Counted from the stretch's first letter, positions 45,890-56,561 are shown. The stretch is DNA of 64,000 nt from an uncultured Chloroflexia bacterium (GCA_963743215.1 CAVUOY010000007.1:121019-185018); one strand, 5' to 3'. The notes: generated from the sequence alone by a model not told the origin. Numbers and translations: made by a program.

Positions 45890-48882
45890 ATGTTAATAGA
45901 AACAAACGAAGCCATCCAGGGGCAGCGGCAAAGCTGGAACCTGATTAAGAAATTAGGCGAAGGTGATGCCGGTGAAGTCTACCTGGTTCAGTCCTTTTCG
46001 GATAACCAGGCTGCAATCGTAAAGCGCCCCCGCAAAAGTTCCTTCTTCAGTGATATCCTGCGCCAGGCCAGCCAGATAAGGACAGAGGGTAGCATACTGC
46101 GAGGGCTGACAAGAGCTGTATTCCCAAATCAATATCTGCGTCTAAATATCCCTGCCCTGATAGATCAGAATAAATCGGATAAAGACCTGGGTGAGCAGAC
46201 CTTTATCATCATTGAGCAAGCCAGAGGGCTAGACTTAAAGCAGCTTAGTCAGGTGATTCACTTCGGTCCAGCCAGCCTCCAATCTCTCCCTGAAAACCCG
46301 GAATCGGCATTATTGATCCAACAATGGTCTCAGTTTAATGAATTTCCAGAGCAGTTATTGGTTCGCATCTTGCTGGGTGTGCTTGATCTCCTTGAGACGA
46401 TCCATACCACCGAAATCCGGAATGAAAAAGGCACCCAGTCCGGTGTGATCTGGAATGATGTCAAACCGGAACATCTCTACTGGGATCCCATCGGCGTCCG
46501 ACTGACGGTCATAGATTGGGGCAACAGCCAACTTCTGGGGAGCGATCGTGTTACCAAGGACCGCCAGTACTCCCCCCTGGATGATTTCCGCCAGTTTATC
46601 CAGGAAATGGGCAGTTTTATTGCCGAAGCTAATCCGGCTTTGTATTCTCGCCTTGACTGGCCTGAATATACGGCCAACAGTGACATCCATGAGCTTGCGA
46701 TCCAGCCGCTGAAAGAAAAATTAGCCGCCTTTTACGAGATTGATTCTGAACGACTTCGAATCTTGCGCCAGCAGGAAGAGGAGCTATACAGCCTGTCCAG
46801 GCCGGAGCTGGAGCAGATCACGCAATATGAAGATCTACGCCAGCAACTGGCAGCATACGGCGAAATGCCCGATCATTCTGGGGCCAGCAATTTTATGTTT
46901 AAAGCCGCCTATCAAATGGCAGCCGAGAATAGATTGGCTGATTTTCAAAAAGTTTGTGAAAATGCTTCCAGTTTGTCCGCCACTTCAGCCGATAAATGGA
47001 AACTATTGAATGAGCTTGCAGCCGTGGCCATTCGAACTACGGATACGAGCGAGCTGACGCAAACCATGTTCTCAAATGCCCTGGCGGCTGGTGTGGCTGG
47101 AGATTGGCCTGCGGCACTGTGGGAATTGTTTACCCACCTGGGTGACCTACCTCGACCAGATTGGTGGGAAAAAATCAGCCAGGAATTGCGGAAAGTATGC
47201 TTGGGGCTCGAGCCAGATGCCATATCTCCGTACACCATGTTTGCGCGTCTATATTACACGCTACAGGCTGAGGTCTCCAAAAAAGGTGACCAACGCTTGC
47301 GTGTGACTGCCGAAGGGAAGGGCAGCAAAGGTAAAGAGCTGGAAGGCTTTCACTGGCAGGCTAGCGAAGATCTGATTGTGAATGTCCGCGAAGAAATCAT
47401 TAAAAAGTGGAAAGAGATCGAACCAAGCCCACCTAATTCCAGCCTCGGTTATACCGCGGTGGACAGCCTGATGGATCCAATCGAAGACCTGCTGCCTGGT
47501 ACGCGTGAGAAACTTGAAAAATCATTGGCCCAACCAAAAGCGCAGGTCGATCTGGTTTTGAATGCCTGGGAGCAGAAGGATTTCGAGCTGGCTCGCCGTG
47601 GTCTGCGCTCTATCCTGGTGTGGGACCCTGACCGTCTCCGCCTGCTCACCGCAGAGAAAGCAATCGGGTCTGCACCGCAGTGGCTGGCACGTGTCCGCAG
47701 AGGCGCTGGCAAGGATGAGCCGTTCTATGATTATTTGACCTCGGTTGAGCTGGCTGGACGCACCTTACGCAACCAGGTTGGGCCATCAAAATGGTTGGAT
47801 GGAACTTTAGAAGCATTCAAACGCTTACGCAAGGGCACACGTTCGGTCGATTTAATGATCGAGTATCCCGAGATCATGCAAGAGCTTCCCTGGTTGAACG
47901 AATACCAAACCCGCGAGATTTTGTCCCTACCCCACACACGCCCCCTCACCCTGGAACGAGATAATTCCAGCTATTTCCCAATCGCTACGACGGAAGGAGT
48001 CCTGGAAGGCAAGTTCGGCTCCAACCAGAGTATGATCCTGGCTGAACCACTCGATACCTGGATGCCCGAAGCGCGTGGCTCTTCTGCCCGTGTTTTTGCC
48101 GGAAATCTGCGTAACTCGACTAAAAAGCCACAGTCATTCGCCTTCAAGATCATGCGGCCGGATCAAATGGAATATGCCCTTCCATTATTCATTGAAGAAA
48201 TCCAAATCCTCACCATGCTGCGCGACATCCCAGGTATTACACCCCTCGTGGAATGTGGCTACATCAAGATCGATGAGGGCAGGCACTACCAAGTGACGAA
48301 AGCCATGCTTCCGCGGCGCAGCTATCGGGGCAGGTCATCCATTATGGAGTCGAACAAGTCCAAAATTTCCTGGCATCTATGGATAGGCAGTTAGCGGTTG
48401 GCTGGCTGCCTTACCTGGTACTAGTGAGACGCAACCCGGAGTACAATTTGCTCCGTTATTGCGACGCCAGCTACACCCACGGCTGGTTTCTGTCGCTGCG
48501 AGATAGCCTGACCCTTTCATTGCAGATATGTGATATCTTGCAGTTTGCTCACGATCGAAATATTGTCTACCGCGACCATAAGATTTTGCATTATTACTGG
48601 GACCCTGATACCCACGGAGTCGTATTGATCGATTGGAACATCGCCAAGCGTCACCCACAAGGATTGTCAGATGCAGACAAACAGTTCGACCTTGTCCAAT
48701 TGGGTGCCAGAGGGCTGCACCATATTTTCACCGGGCGTCCCGCCCAGGGCAGCTTACCGCTAGGACCCAACCGGCCAGAGGATATCGAGAAAGCTTCCAC
48801 CCATTACCCCGTGAACTGGACCTATGATGACGAACGCTTGCCCAACCAGCTGCGTACTATTCTGGAGCAGTCATTGAATTAA
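45890..48882 (+). pseudogene. large protein with two atypical protein-kinase-like domains, frameshifted at 48277-48279 (pseudogene or sequencing error)
   Basis: N-domain: LGEGDAGEVYLV, AIVKRP, WNDVKPEHLYWDP, VIDWGNS; C-domain: FAFKIMRPD, IVYRDHKILHYYWDP, LIDWNIAK; second frame is open and protein-like from 48277; span 3n+2. Confidence 0.6.
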
Positions 48883-49151
48883 GGGTATACTCAGGTTCGT
48901 GATATCCGGCAGGACTTGCTGGACATCTATCAACAGCTTCCTGTAACCGATAAGAATTAGAGAACATTCTGGGATATAAACTTTCAAAATTATATGAATT
49001 CATTTGATTTACTAGAAAAACAGTATCAAGAGCTCCAAGATTCTCCCTCAGTCAGTGTGGTTGATCTACGCCACCTTCTGCTCGATATTGAAGAGCTGGT
49101 CAGCTCAGACGAATACCAGAATCTAGCCCCGACCAACGCAGTACTCTCCAG

Positions 49152-50780
49152 GTGGCGCGTAAAGAATTACTGCGCCGTATCCAGGAGCAGGAGAATGGAG
49201 GCACGGATCAAGCTGATAAGCCAAATGGACAAGGCCAGGAATCTACCTTCCAGCCAGAAAAAATATCCGAGGCAACCGCAACCCGTCTGGAGCCAGAGCG
49301 AGAACACAACCCTGCCGCTGAATTGCAAATGGAAATGGCCGAAAAGCTTTTTTACAGCGGTCGTTATGCTGAAGCTGTGCAGATCTTTGACCGTATCTTA
49401 CAGGTGGAGCCAAATTGGGAACGTGCCCGCCAGCATCGCACCGAAGCTGAAAACTACTTGCGCACCGGTTATATCCCGGTGGTAGCTCTACCAGCTGACG
49501 CGGCTTCAGCTTACGGTAAAGCCCAATCTGCTGCTCGGGTAGGGCGTTTCGCTGATGCATTAGCCCTCCTGGAGAGCGCTCAGAATTCCTTGCATGAATT
49601 AGGTATACAACGTTGGCAGGAAGGCCAGGACTTTGCCCAAAAGCTCCAGGAAAACATCGACGCTGAAAAAGCCTTTGAAGAAGGGCTCACTCTATTTCAG
49701 CAAGGCAATATTGACGATGCCATTGAAAGAATTCAAGCTGCAGTGGGTGCGACTGGCATGCCGAAATATTCAGAGCGTGCCCAAAGTCTTCGCAAAGTTA
49801 AAGACAGCTTACGTTCGATTTATGATAATTTAAACCAGGCTGAGCTTGAGCCACAAGCCGCCTCACAAGCGAAGGCCAACCTTGATGCCTTGGTGGTCGA
49901 ATATGGAGAAAACCCTGCTTTCGAGCGCCTGATTGAGCGCTTTAAAGCCATCACGCCGCGCGTAGTTGAACCACTGAAAGAGCAAACACGCACACTTAAG
50001 AACCAGGCAGAACACGCTACCACGCTTGAGGAAGGGTTATACCTTAATAAGCAAGCTCGCCAGAGCCTGGCACAAATTCATAACCTGGAAGGTGTAGACG
50101 AAAGCCTCGATCGCTTGCAGAGTGAAATCGAGCGCCAGCAACGCGCATATCAAAAATTTGATAACGATTTATTGGCTGCAAACCAGGCTTACGAAAAGAA
50201 TCCAACCTGGCCGGCTGAAGCATCGCGCCTGAGTGCCGAAGTGGTAAAGCGTTTTCCAGTCGACCCAGGCGTGAAAGAGCTAAGGCGAAAACTAAGCAAC
50301 TTCCGATTAAAGGTGCTGGGGATCAAAGCTGGGCTCATTCTGATAGGGATTCTCATCCTGGTTGGCTTGATTGCATTTGGTAATAATAAATATAAAGCTT
50401 ACTTGCTTGCCCAAACCCCCACCATGACCTCGACTGCCACTGCAACAGCCACATTCACCCCTTCACCAACCAACACACCCACGCAAACCTCCACCCCACT
50501 GCCCACCTTAACCCCCTCGCTGACTCCCACTCCAATCTTCGCTTTTATCCAAAGGGATGTGTTTGCTCGCAATGGGTGTTACGAGAAATTTACTGCTGTA
50601 GGCAGAATTCCTTCTGGGGTGAGTGTGCGTTTTCTGCCAACCGAACGGCGCTTCGATGAATTCAGCCGGGAGTGTGTGCTGGTGGAGTACCTGACTGCGG
50701 ACGGCGGAGCAGTCAATGGCTGGGTGCTGACCTTGGATGTGGGCGTGGCACCCCCACCTACGGAGACCAGCTCACCATAA
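49152..50780 (+). CDS. membrane-anchored TPR/coiled-coil protein with Thr/Pro linker and C-terminal SH3-like domain (N-terminus may extend to 48994 via a frameshift)
   Basis: TPR-like AEKLFYSGRYAEAVQIFDRILQVEPNWERA; TM helix GLILIGILILVGLIAF; TMTSTATATATFTPSPTNTPTQTSTPLPTLTP linker; beta-rich tail. Confidence 0.5.
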   Translation: MARKELLRRIQEQENGGTDQADKPNGQGQESTFQPEKISEATATRLEPEREHNPAAELQMEMAEKLFYSGRYAEAVQIFDRILQVEPNWERARQHRTEAENYLRTGYIPVVALPADAASAYGKAQSAARVGRFADALALLESAQNSLHELGIQRWQEGQDFAQKLQENIDAEKAFEEGLTLFQQGNIDDAIERIQAAVGATGMPKYSERAQSLRKVKDSLRSIYDNLNQAELEPQAASQAKANLDALVVEYGENPAFERLIERFKAITPRVVEPLKEQTRTLKNQAEHATTLEEGLYLNKQARQSLAQIHNLEGVDESLDRLQSEIERQQRAYQKFDNDLLAANQAYEKNPTWPAEASRLSAEVVKRFPVDPGVKELRRKLSNFRLKVLGIKAGLILIGILILVGLIAFGNNKYKAYLLAQTPTMTSTATATATFTPSPTNTPTQTSTPLPTLTPSLTPTPIFAFIQRDVFARNGCYEKFTAVGRIPSGVSVRFLPTERRFDEFSRECVLVEYLTADGGAVNGWVLTLDVGVAPPPTETSSP

Positions 50781-50845
50781 GATACGGATGGATAATAAAT
50801 AAAATTCTATAGAAAGTACAGATGCGTTTATCAGAAGAAGGAGCC

Positions 50846-51400
50846 TTACTGAAGTTCCTTCTTGATCAAGTTATTATCGGCTTCGTCTTCACCTTGTTTA
50901 ATAAACTGATAAGTTAACCCCCATAACCAATCTTGAAGGTACTGCTCAATATTTTCTAACAGCTGGATTTTTCCACTCAAAGTGTTGATCAGTTCTCGGC
51001 TGTCTTTCATCACCTGCAGGCTGCTCGAACGTGTTTCTGCTTCACTGATGTTCTGTGCATCCATCAAGACCACCAATTGGTCCTCAGTCATGGATTGGAG
51101 CACCTGATTGCCTCCGTATGCATCCAGATTGATCCCATATCCAACCAGGATAATGGAAAGCTGGTTTATCACCTGGTTCAAGTCATCATACACCTGCGTC
51201 TTCCTTTTCATGGCTTCGCCCAGTATTTCCCGCAATGCTTCCAGGCTTTGCGGACCTGCCACTACCATCTCCTGGATCATTTCATGGATTGGATCAGTCG
51301 TCCCGGCTTCCATACAGTGGGATAACACATCTCCAGCTTGCAGGTGGTAATATGCCTTCTCTACGATTGAGTAGATCGCTGAATTTGGTTTATTGACCAT
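50846..51400 (-). CDS. hypothetical protein
   Basis: 184-aa ORF, helical, 11-nt overlap with upstream DUF971 gene suggests co-translation; no family recognised. Confidence 0.45.
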   Translation of the reverse strand: MVNKPNSAIYSIVEKAYYHLQAGDVLSHCMEAGTTDPIHEMIQEMVVAGPQSLEALREILGEAMKRKTQVYDDLNQVINQLSIILVGYGINLDAYGGNQVLQSMTEDQLVVLMDAQNISEAETRSSSLQVMKDSRELINTLSGKIQLLENIEQYLQDWLWGLTYQFIKQGEDEADNNLIKKELQ

Positions 51401-51746
51401 AGATCATCATCTCCTGGCAGATCGGGCACGGGCATAATGCCCTCAGGTAATGCCAGTTATAAATCCCGTCCTGGTGGCCATCCTCCCAATGGATAGTTAT
51501 CCCGTAGGATCCAACCATTTCTACGGAAAGCAGGCGTGTCGCAGGTTTATCTTCGAGCGGTATGTAGAATACTTCGGGGGCAGGCACATTACCCATCTGG
51601 TCATGCCCTCCTCGGCAGCTTTCACATGGGCAGGCATTCCGTACTAGCGCCAACGGATACACGCTCGTGTGCCTGTCATTCCATGCGACGCTGAGCTCTT
51701 TGGTCTTTTTATTAACCGTGATTTCAACCGGAGATAGGTTGGTCAT
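51390..51746 (-). CDS. DUF971 (gamma-butyrobetaine hydroxylase N-terminal-like) zinc-ribbon protein
   Basis: L.V.W.D.H.S.Y....LR..CPCE.CRG and second CPCPIC pair, typical DUF971 layout. Confidence 0.65.
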   Translation of the reverse strand: MTNLSPVEITVNKKTKELSVAWNDRHTSVYPLALVRNACPCESCRGGHDQMGNVPAPEVFYIPLEDKPATRLLSVEMVGSYGITIHWEDGHQDGIYNWHYLRALCPCPICQEMMIYGQ

Positions 51747-51825
51747 AATTAGCTTTTATGAGGATTACTATATACTGAAATTTCTAAACGTGCAAACCGG
51801 AGAGCTTAGATTTTGTTAATCATCT

Positions 51826-52317
51826 TTATGGGTTATTTACTATTACCAGGTAATTCCCCACTCCCCAGCCAACCGCATTTTCCGTATATGGATCCTCCAA
51901 TCGCCACCAGGTATATCCGTCGGCTACAATGGGTCCATCTTTAACCAAAAAAACTTGAGCCTCAATGGCAATATATTGCACATCAGTCGATACTCCAGCT
52001 TTCAAGTGCAATCGCAAGCCATCTCCACCGGTCCCGCTGACTTGCACATAATCACCTATCGCAATATCGCCACTTGGCAATGGAACTTGTTCTGCTGAAG
52101 TTGGGGTTGGCACAAGTGTTTGGGTTGCGCTGGGGGCAAGCGGGGTTTCTGTAGGAGCCTCGATGACATGCAGAATTGCAGTGGCAGGAACCTGTGTTAT
52201 ACTTTCCGCCTTTGCCGACCATAAAATAATCACTAAAACAGCAAATATTCCCACGGCAAAGATGATTGCCCCAAGAATGACCTTGATGTTGAGCAAATTC
52301 CTTATAATTCTAAGCAT
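51826..52317 (-). CDS. membrane-anchored protein with bacterial SH3-like domain
   Basis: N-terminal TM, Thr/Pro-rich linker, C-terminal GDYVQVSGTGGDGLRLH...DGYTWWRL SH3_3-like segment. Confidence 0.45.
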   Translation of the reverse strand: MLRIIRNLLNIKVILGAIIFAVGIFAVLVIILWSAKAESITQVPATAILHVIEAPTETPLAPSATQTLVPTPTSAEQVPLPSGDIAIGDYVQVSGTGGDGLRLHLKAGVSTDVQYIAIEAQVFLVKDGPIVADGYTWWRLEDPYTENAVGWGVGNYLVIVNNP

Positions 52318-52324
52318 GATTGAC

Positions 52325-53414
52325 CTATACCGGCATTAAAAAGAATGTTAATCCCAGGATGATATAAATCGCCAGTAACTCAGCTCCTTCAAGCCAATTG
52401 GACTCTCCATCTGCAGATACCAGGGCTGCGATCAACACACCCGCAATCAAAGCAATCAGCTCCAGGGGGTTAAAAACCAGCGTCAATGGGTGGCCTATCA
52501 CCAGGCTGATGAAAACCAGCAGAGGTGCAACGAACAATGCGATCTGCAGGCTAGAAGCGATAGCAATCTCTACACTTAATGTCATCTTGTTTTTCATCGC
52601 CACCTGGACGGCTACAATATGCTCAGCTACATTTCCAATGATCGGAATGAAAATCAGCCCAATGAAAAATTCAGATAATCCAAGCGTACTGACCACGGTC
52701 TCGACTGTGCCAACCAGCACTTCTGAAAGGTATGCCACACCCACGGTCGATAGCAGCAGTACGATGATGGCAATCTGCATGGACCAGCTCTTGGAAGTGG
52801 TTTTATCATTTTCTTCTTCTGCCACCACGGGTCCACCGATCACCTTGTAGCTATAGATCAAGTCCCAGGATATATAAAAGGATCATCACCGCTGCCACCC
52901 CGATGCTGAGTGATTCAACCCTCGGTTCAGGTGTCTCAATGTTGCCAATATAATGACTCAGCAGTGATGGGATTAATAAGATCACCACCGTCAAGACTAG
53001 CATGACGGAATTGTTACTGGCTTGTCTGCGATTAAAAGTCTGCGTGCCGTGCTTGATTCCTCCCAGCAAGAACGACATCCCTAGCACCAATAATAGATTA
53101 CCGAGGATTGACCCAGTAATGGAAGCCTTCACCAGCTCGAGGTAACCAGCTCGAATGGCGGTGATTGTAATGATCAACTCAGCAGCATTTCCCAAAGTCG
53201 CATTCAGCAAGCCACCAATCCGCGGATTGGTATATGCGGCCAATACTTCGGTCGCTACGCCAATGAAACCAGCCAATGGAATGATCGCAATCGCTGATAG
53301 GCTAAATACAACGATTGGCGACCAATGCAGTATCTCTCCCAGAATAGCAAACGGGAGTACTACCAGGAGGATCCCAATTGGATTTTTTCGAGCAAAGGAT
53401 ATTATTTTCTTCAT
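52325..53414 (-). pseudogene. Ca2+/H+ (cation/proton) antiporter of the CaCA/CAX family, split by a frameshift at 52851-52861
   Basis: N half has alpha-1 repeat GNAAELIITITAIRAG, C half alpha-2 repeat GNVAEHIVAVQVAMKNK; ...ILLYILGL | IYSYKV junction in different frames; span 3n+1. Confidence 0.8.
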
Positions 53415-53426
53415 GCTATCATCCCA

Positions 53427-54380
53427 TTAAAGAGTGTCTTTCTTGCTAAAAAGTTCCCTCGGGGTTTGACTGGGTACCAGTAATCGTAGACCCCGGGAGA
53501 CAACATTGATTTCAATCGAATGAGCATCACAAGGTAGGGGTTCTGCATCCACCTGCACATACAGGGTCGAATCTGATTCCAGCCTCAGGTGTTTGAAGGG
53601 TACATAGCGTACTCGATCTGAATCCACGTGCCTGCCGCCATACAAATCCCATGCCATCTGGATGGTATCTCCTAAAGTATCCCCTTCGAACAACCACAGG
53701 TCCATCGACCCATCATCTAATAACGCATATGGTGAGATCTGCGCTAGCCCTCCAGCATACAGGTGGATATTGCTGATCAAGGCTAATAAATAATGTCCGC
53801 TGATCTGTAAATTATCCGAGGTGAGCTTTAGATTGATCCCGTGCCATAGACTGGCTTGCCAGGCGGTTGATGCAGCATAAGCAACATTCGCAAACAGCTT
53901 CTCTCCCCTTGGTCGTGGCTCAATGTGATGAATAGCAAAAGCATCCAAGCCCACTCCAGCCCACATCAAAAAAGGGACGCCTCCACAATTCCCGATGTCG
54001 ACATCTCGTGGGGTCGATTCTGCCAGCCTGCGTGCACTTTCTTCCAGTGCCATCCAGCGAGTCCAGGTTAACCCTGGTAAACCAAGCTCCTGAGCCAACA
54101 CATTTGCCGTCCCCCCTGGTAGCACGCCCAGTGCAGTTGCGCTGCCGGCTAATCCTCGCACCGCAAGGTTGATCGTGCCATCCCCACCGACAACAAACAG
54201 GGCTTCTTTGCCAGCTTCTGCTGATCGACGTGCTAATTGGGTAACGTGTTCTGCGTCATGCGTCCTGATCAAACGGATGGACCAGCCGTTAGTTCGCAAT
54301 ACATCTGCAGCTCGTTCAGCCAGTATGCCAGATGGAAATCTTCCGGCATTTGGGTTATAGATCATATCGGCAGCACGCAT
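53427..54380 (-). CDS. diacylglycerol/lipid kinase family protein (YegS/DagK type)
   Basis: IYNPNAG..., VVGGDGTINLAVRGL signature, two-domain length. Confidence 0.85.
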   Translation of the reverse strand: MRAADMIYNPNAGRFPSGILAERAADVLRTNGWSIRLIRTHDAEHVTQLARRSAEAGKEALFVVGGDGTINLAVRGLAGSATALGVLPGGTANVLAQELGLPGLTWTRWMALEESARRLAESTPRDVDIGNCGGVPFLMWAGVGLDAFAIHHIEPRPRGEKLFANVAYAASTAWQASLWHGINLKLTSDNLQISGHYLLALISNIHLYAGGLAQISPYALLDDGSMDLWLFEGDTLGDTIQMAWDLYGGRHVDSDRVRYVPFKHLRLESDSTLYVQVDAEPLPCDAHSIEINVVSRGLRLLVPSQTPRELFSKKDTL

Positions 54381-54439
54381 TTAATCATTTTACTCGAATT
54401 TTCAAAACCTTCCATATTCGTGCTAGAATTATCGATAGT

Positions 54440-55585
54440 ATGAGCAGCCCAGACCTTTTAAATAATCGCTATCGCATCGAAGGACGAATTGGTTCAGGCG
54501 GAATGGCAGATGTATACCGAGCCCGCGATCTGATGCTTGAGCGGACAGTGGCGATCAAGCTGCTCCGTGAAAACTTCTCTCAAGATCCAACGTTCCGCGA
54601 GCGTTTCAGACAGGAAGCAAAAGCCGCAGCTAATCTCTCCCATCCCAATATAGTCACCATCCATGATTTTGGATTTGATGACCAGCAGATATTTATCGTC
54701 ATGGAGTATGTTCCTGGCACCGACCTGAAAACAATTTTGGAGAGTCGTGGCAGCTTGAATGTGGATGAAGCTCTTCCCCTTATCATTCAGGCTTGTGCTG
54801 GAGTAGGTTACGCCCATCGCGCCGGTCTTGTTCATTGTGATGTTAAACCCCACAACATGATCGTTACACCCGACCAGCACCTGAAAGTCACTGATTTCGG
54901 GATCGCCCGTGCTCTGGCTTCCATTCCTACTCAGGAAGTAAATAATGTGGTCTGGGGATCACCTCAATACTTCTCTCCTGAACAGGCCGCAGGTCACCCC
55001 CCTTCACCAGCCTCTGATGTTTATAGCTTAGGCGTTGTCTTGTACGAAATGCTAACTGGGAGGCTGCCTTTTATTGCCAGCACAGCCGCCGAGCTTTCGC
55101 ACATGCATCGTTCTGTAGCGCCTACACCCCCATCCCAACAAAACCCGCTTATTCCTCCCGTCTTGGAACAGGCTTGCCTGAAGGTTCTTTCCAAGGAACC
55201 GTCCTCACGCTACCGCACTGCAGATCAATTCGGCCGGGTGCTGATATCATTGAGCCACTCACTCAAAGTCGCTCCAGCACCGGTTGCCTCCACCATCTCC
55301 CCCACCCGGGGTGTGCTCACTAAGCACCCCTCACCAGCTATCGGCAAACCTCCTCAGATCCAGCCGAGTATTTCGACGAATACTCGACCTGCTACTCCAG
55401 AGCCTGCCTCCGTGATCTCAACCAAACACACAACCCGGCTTAAACCCACCTCTCCACGCAGTAAAAATCCCTTGGATATCGATTGGGGTACCTGGGCGCT
55501 GGTCCTATTAATGGTGATCACCCTGGGTGGATTGATACCATTCTGGGTGTGGATTTACCTCCTTTACAATCCTCCAGGAAGGTGA
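54440..55585 (+). CDS. Hanks-type serine/threonine protein kinase with C-terminal membrane anchor
   Basis: GSGGMADVYRA, VAIKLL, HRAGLVHCDVKPHNMIV, VTDFGIAR, SPEQ; Pro/Ser-rich linker and terminal TM; ORF-track start 54332 overlaps the divergent gene so ATG 54440 preferred. Confidence 0.9.
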   Translation: MSSPDLLNNRYRIEGRIGSGGMADVYRARDLMLERTVAIKLLRENFSQDPTFRERFRQEAKAAANLSHPNIVTIHDFGFDDQQIFIVMEYVPGTDLKTILESRGSLNVDEALPLIIQACAGVGYAHRAGLVHCDVKPHNMIVTPDQHLKVTDFGIARALASIPTQEVNNVVWGSPQYFSPEQAAGHPPSPASDVYSLGVVLYEMLTGRLPFIASTAAELSHMHRSVAPTPPSQQNPLIPPVLEQACLKVLSKEPSSRYRTADQFGRVLISLSHSLKVAPAPVASTISPTRGVLTKHPSPAIGKPPQIQPSISTNTRPATPEPASVISTKHTTRLKPTSPRSKNPLDIDWGTWALVLLMVITLGGLIPFWVWIYLLYNPPGR

Positions 55586-55590
55586 TTCCT

Positions 55591-56262
55591 ATGACCGCTA
55601 CTTATTTGCTATCTGTATCGATCCTGTCAGCAGATCTTACGCATCTCGGAGAACAAATCAGCATAGCTGAGCAGGCGGGTGCGGATTGGATCCATGTGGA
55701 TGTGATGGATGGTCATTTTGTCCCTAATTTAACCTTTGGACCGGTAATTGTCAAAGCCTGCCGGCAGGTGACACAACTACCATTGGATGTACACCTGATG
55801 ATTGAATCACCTGAGAACCTATTGGAAGCATTTGCTCAGGCAGGCTCAAGCATTATCAGTGTCCATGTAGAGACCTGTCCCAACCTGCACCGTACATTAC
55901 AAACTATTCATGAATTGGGATGCAAAGCTGGTGTTGTGATTAACCCTGCCACGCCAGTAGATCTTGTGGAACCTGTGTTGCATATGGTGGACCTGGTTTT
56001 GGTCATGAGTGTCAACCCAGGTTTTTCAGGGCAGTCTTTTTTGCCTGAGGTGCTACCAAAATTGACCGTCCTTCGCAATCATCTGGAGAAAGTAAATCCT
56101 GCCGTCCACCTCGAAATTGACGGTGGCATCAATGCAAAAACCCTTCCTCTGGCTTTGAATGCAGGCGCCAACGTATTCGTCGCCTCCTCAGCCATCTTCG
56201 ATTACTCCGCAGGCATCGCGGCAGGCATCCAACAATTACGTACTCATTTCCCGGTTAAATAA
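55591..56262 (+). CDS. rpe: ribulose-phosphate 3-epimerase
   Basis: SILSADL..L...I......GADWIHVDVMDGHFVPNLTFGP, DVHLM, MSVNPGFSGQSF, IDGGI conserved blocks; RBS AGGAAGGTGA. Confidence 0.9.
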   Translation: MTATYLLSVSILSADLTHLGEQISIAEQAGADWIHVDVMDGHFVPNLTFGPVIVKACRQVTQLPLDVHLMIESPENLLEAFAQAGSSIISVHVETCPNLHRTLQTIHELGCKAGVVINPATPVDLVEPVLHMVDLVLVMSVNPGFSGQSFLPEVLPKLTVLRNHLEKVNPAVHLEIDGGINAKTLPLALNAGANVFVASSAIFDYSAGIAAGIQQLRTHFPVK

Positions 56263-56264
56263 AA

Positions 56265-56286
56265 AGTCACGGGATGAACCGTGACT
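56265..56286. terminator. short stem-loop between convergent rpe and rpmB
   Basis: AGTCACGG (56265-56272) / CCGTGACT (56279-56286), A-run upstream, AT-rich downstream. Confidence 0.4.
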
Positions 56287-56312
56287 ATATAAATCATTCC
56301 ATTATTCGTTAT

Positions 56313-56495
56313 CTAGGATGTCTTTACCATCGTACGTAAGCACTTTGCACATAATACCTTGCGAATTTTCCTGCCATTCTCATACACTGTTACAGCCTGT
56401 AAGTTTGGTCGAAAAGTCCGCCGGGTGCTTTTATTTGACCATGGACGGTTACGTCCAAAACTAGTTGTCTTACCGCAATGTGCACACTTAGCCAT
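56313..56495 (-). CDS. rpmB: 50S ribosomal protein L28
   Basis: MAKCAHCGKTTSFGRNRPWSNKSTRRTFRPNLQAV...CAKCLR matches L28 pattern; an upstream in-frame ATG at 56504 is the alternative start. Confidence 0.85.
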   Translation of the reverse strand: MAKCAHCGKTTSFGRNRPWSNKSTRRTFRPNLQAVTVYENGRKIRKVLCAKCLRTMVKTS

Positions 56496-56561
56496 AATCC
56501 ACATCCTTTTCCAATACTCCTGCTTCAGTTGTTTGCAAGAGTACTATGCTAAAAATCTGCT

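Noticed and set aside
48880-48960. The in-frame TAA ending the kinase-like gene is followed by 25 sense codons (GYTQVRDIRQDLLDIYQQLPVTDKN) that look like a plausible C-terminal helix
   Set aside because: An open stretch of 25 codons after a stop is expected by chance fairly often (roughly a one-in-three event). I have no family model to show the extension is conserved, so I kept the annotated stop.
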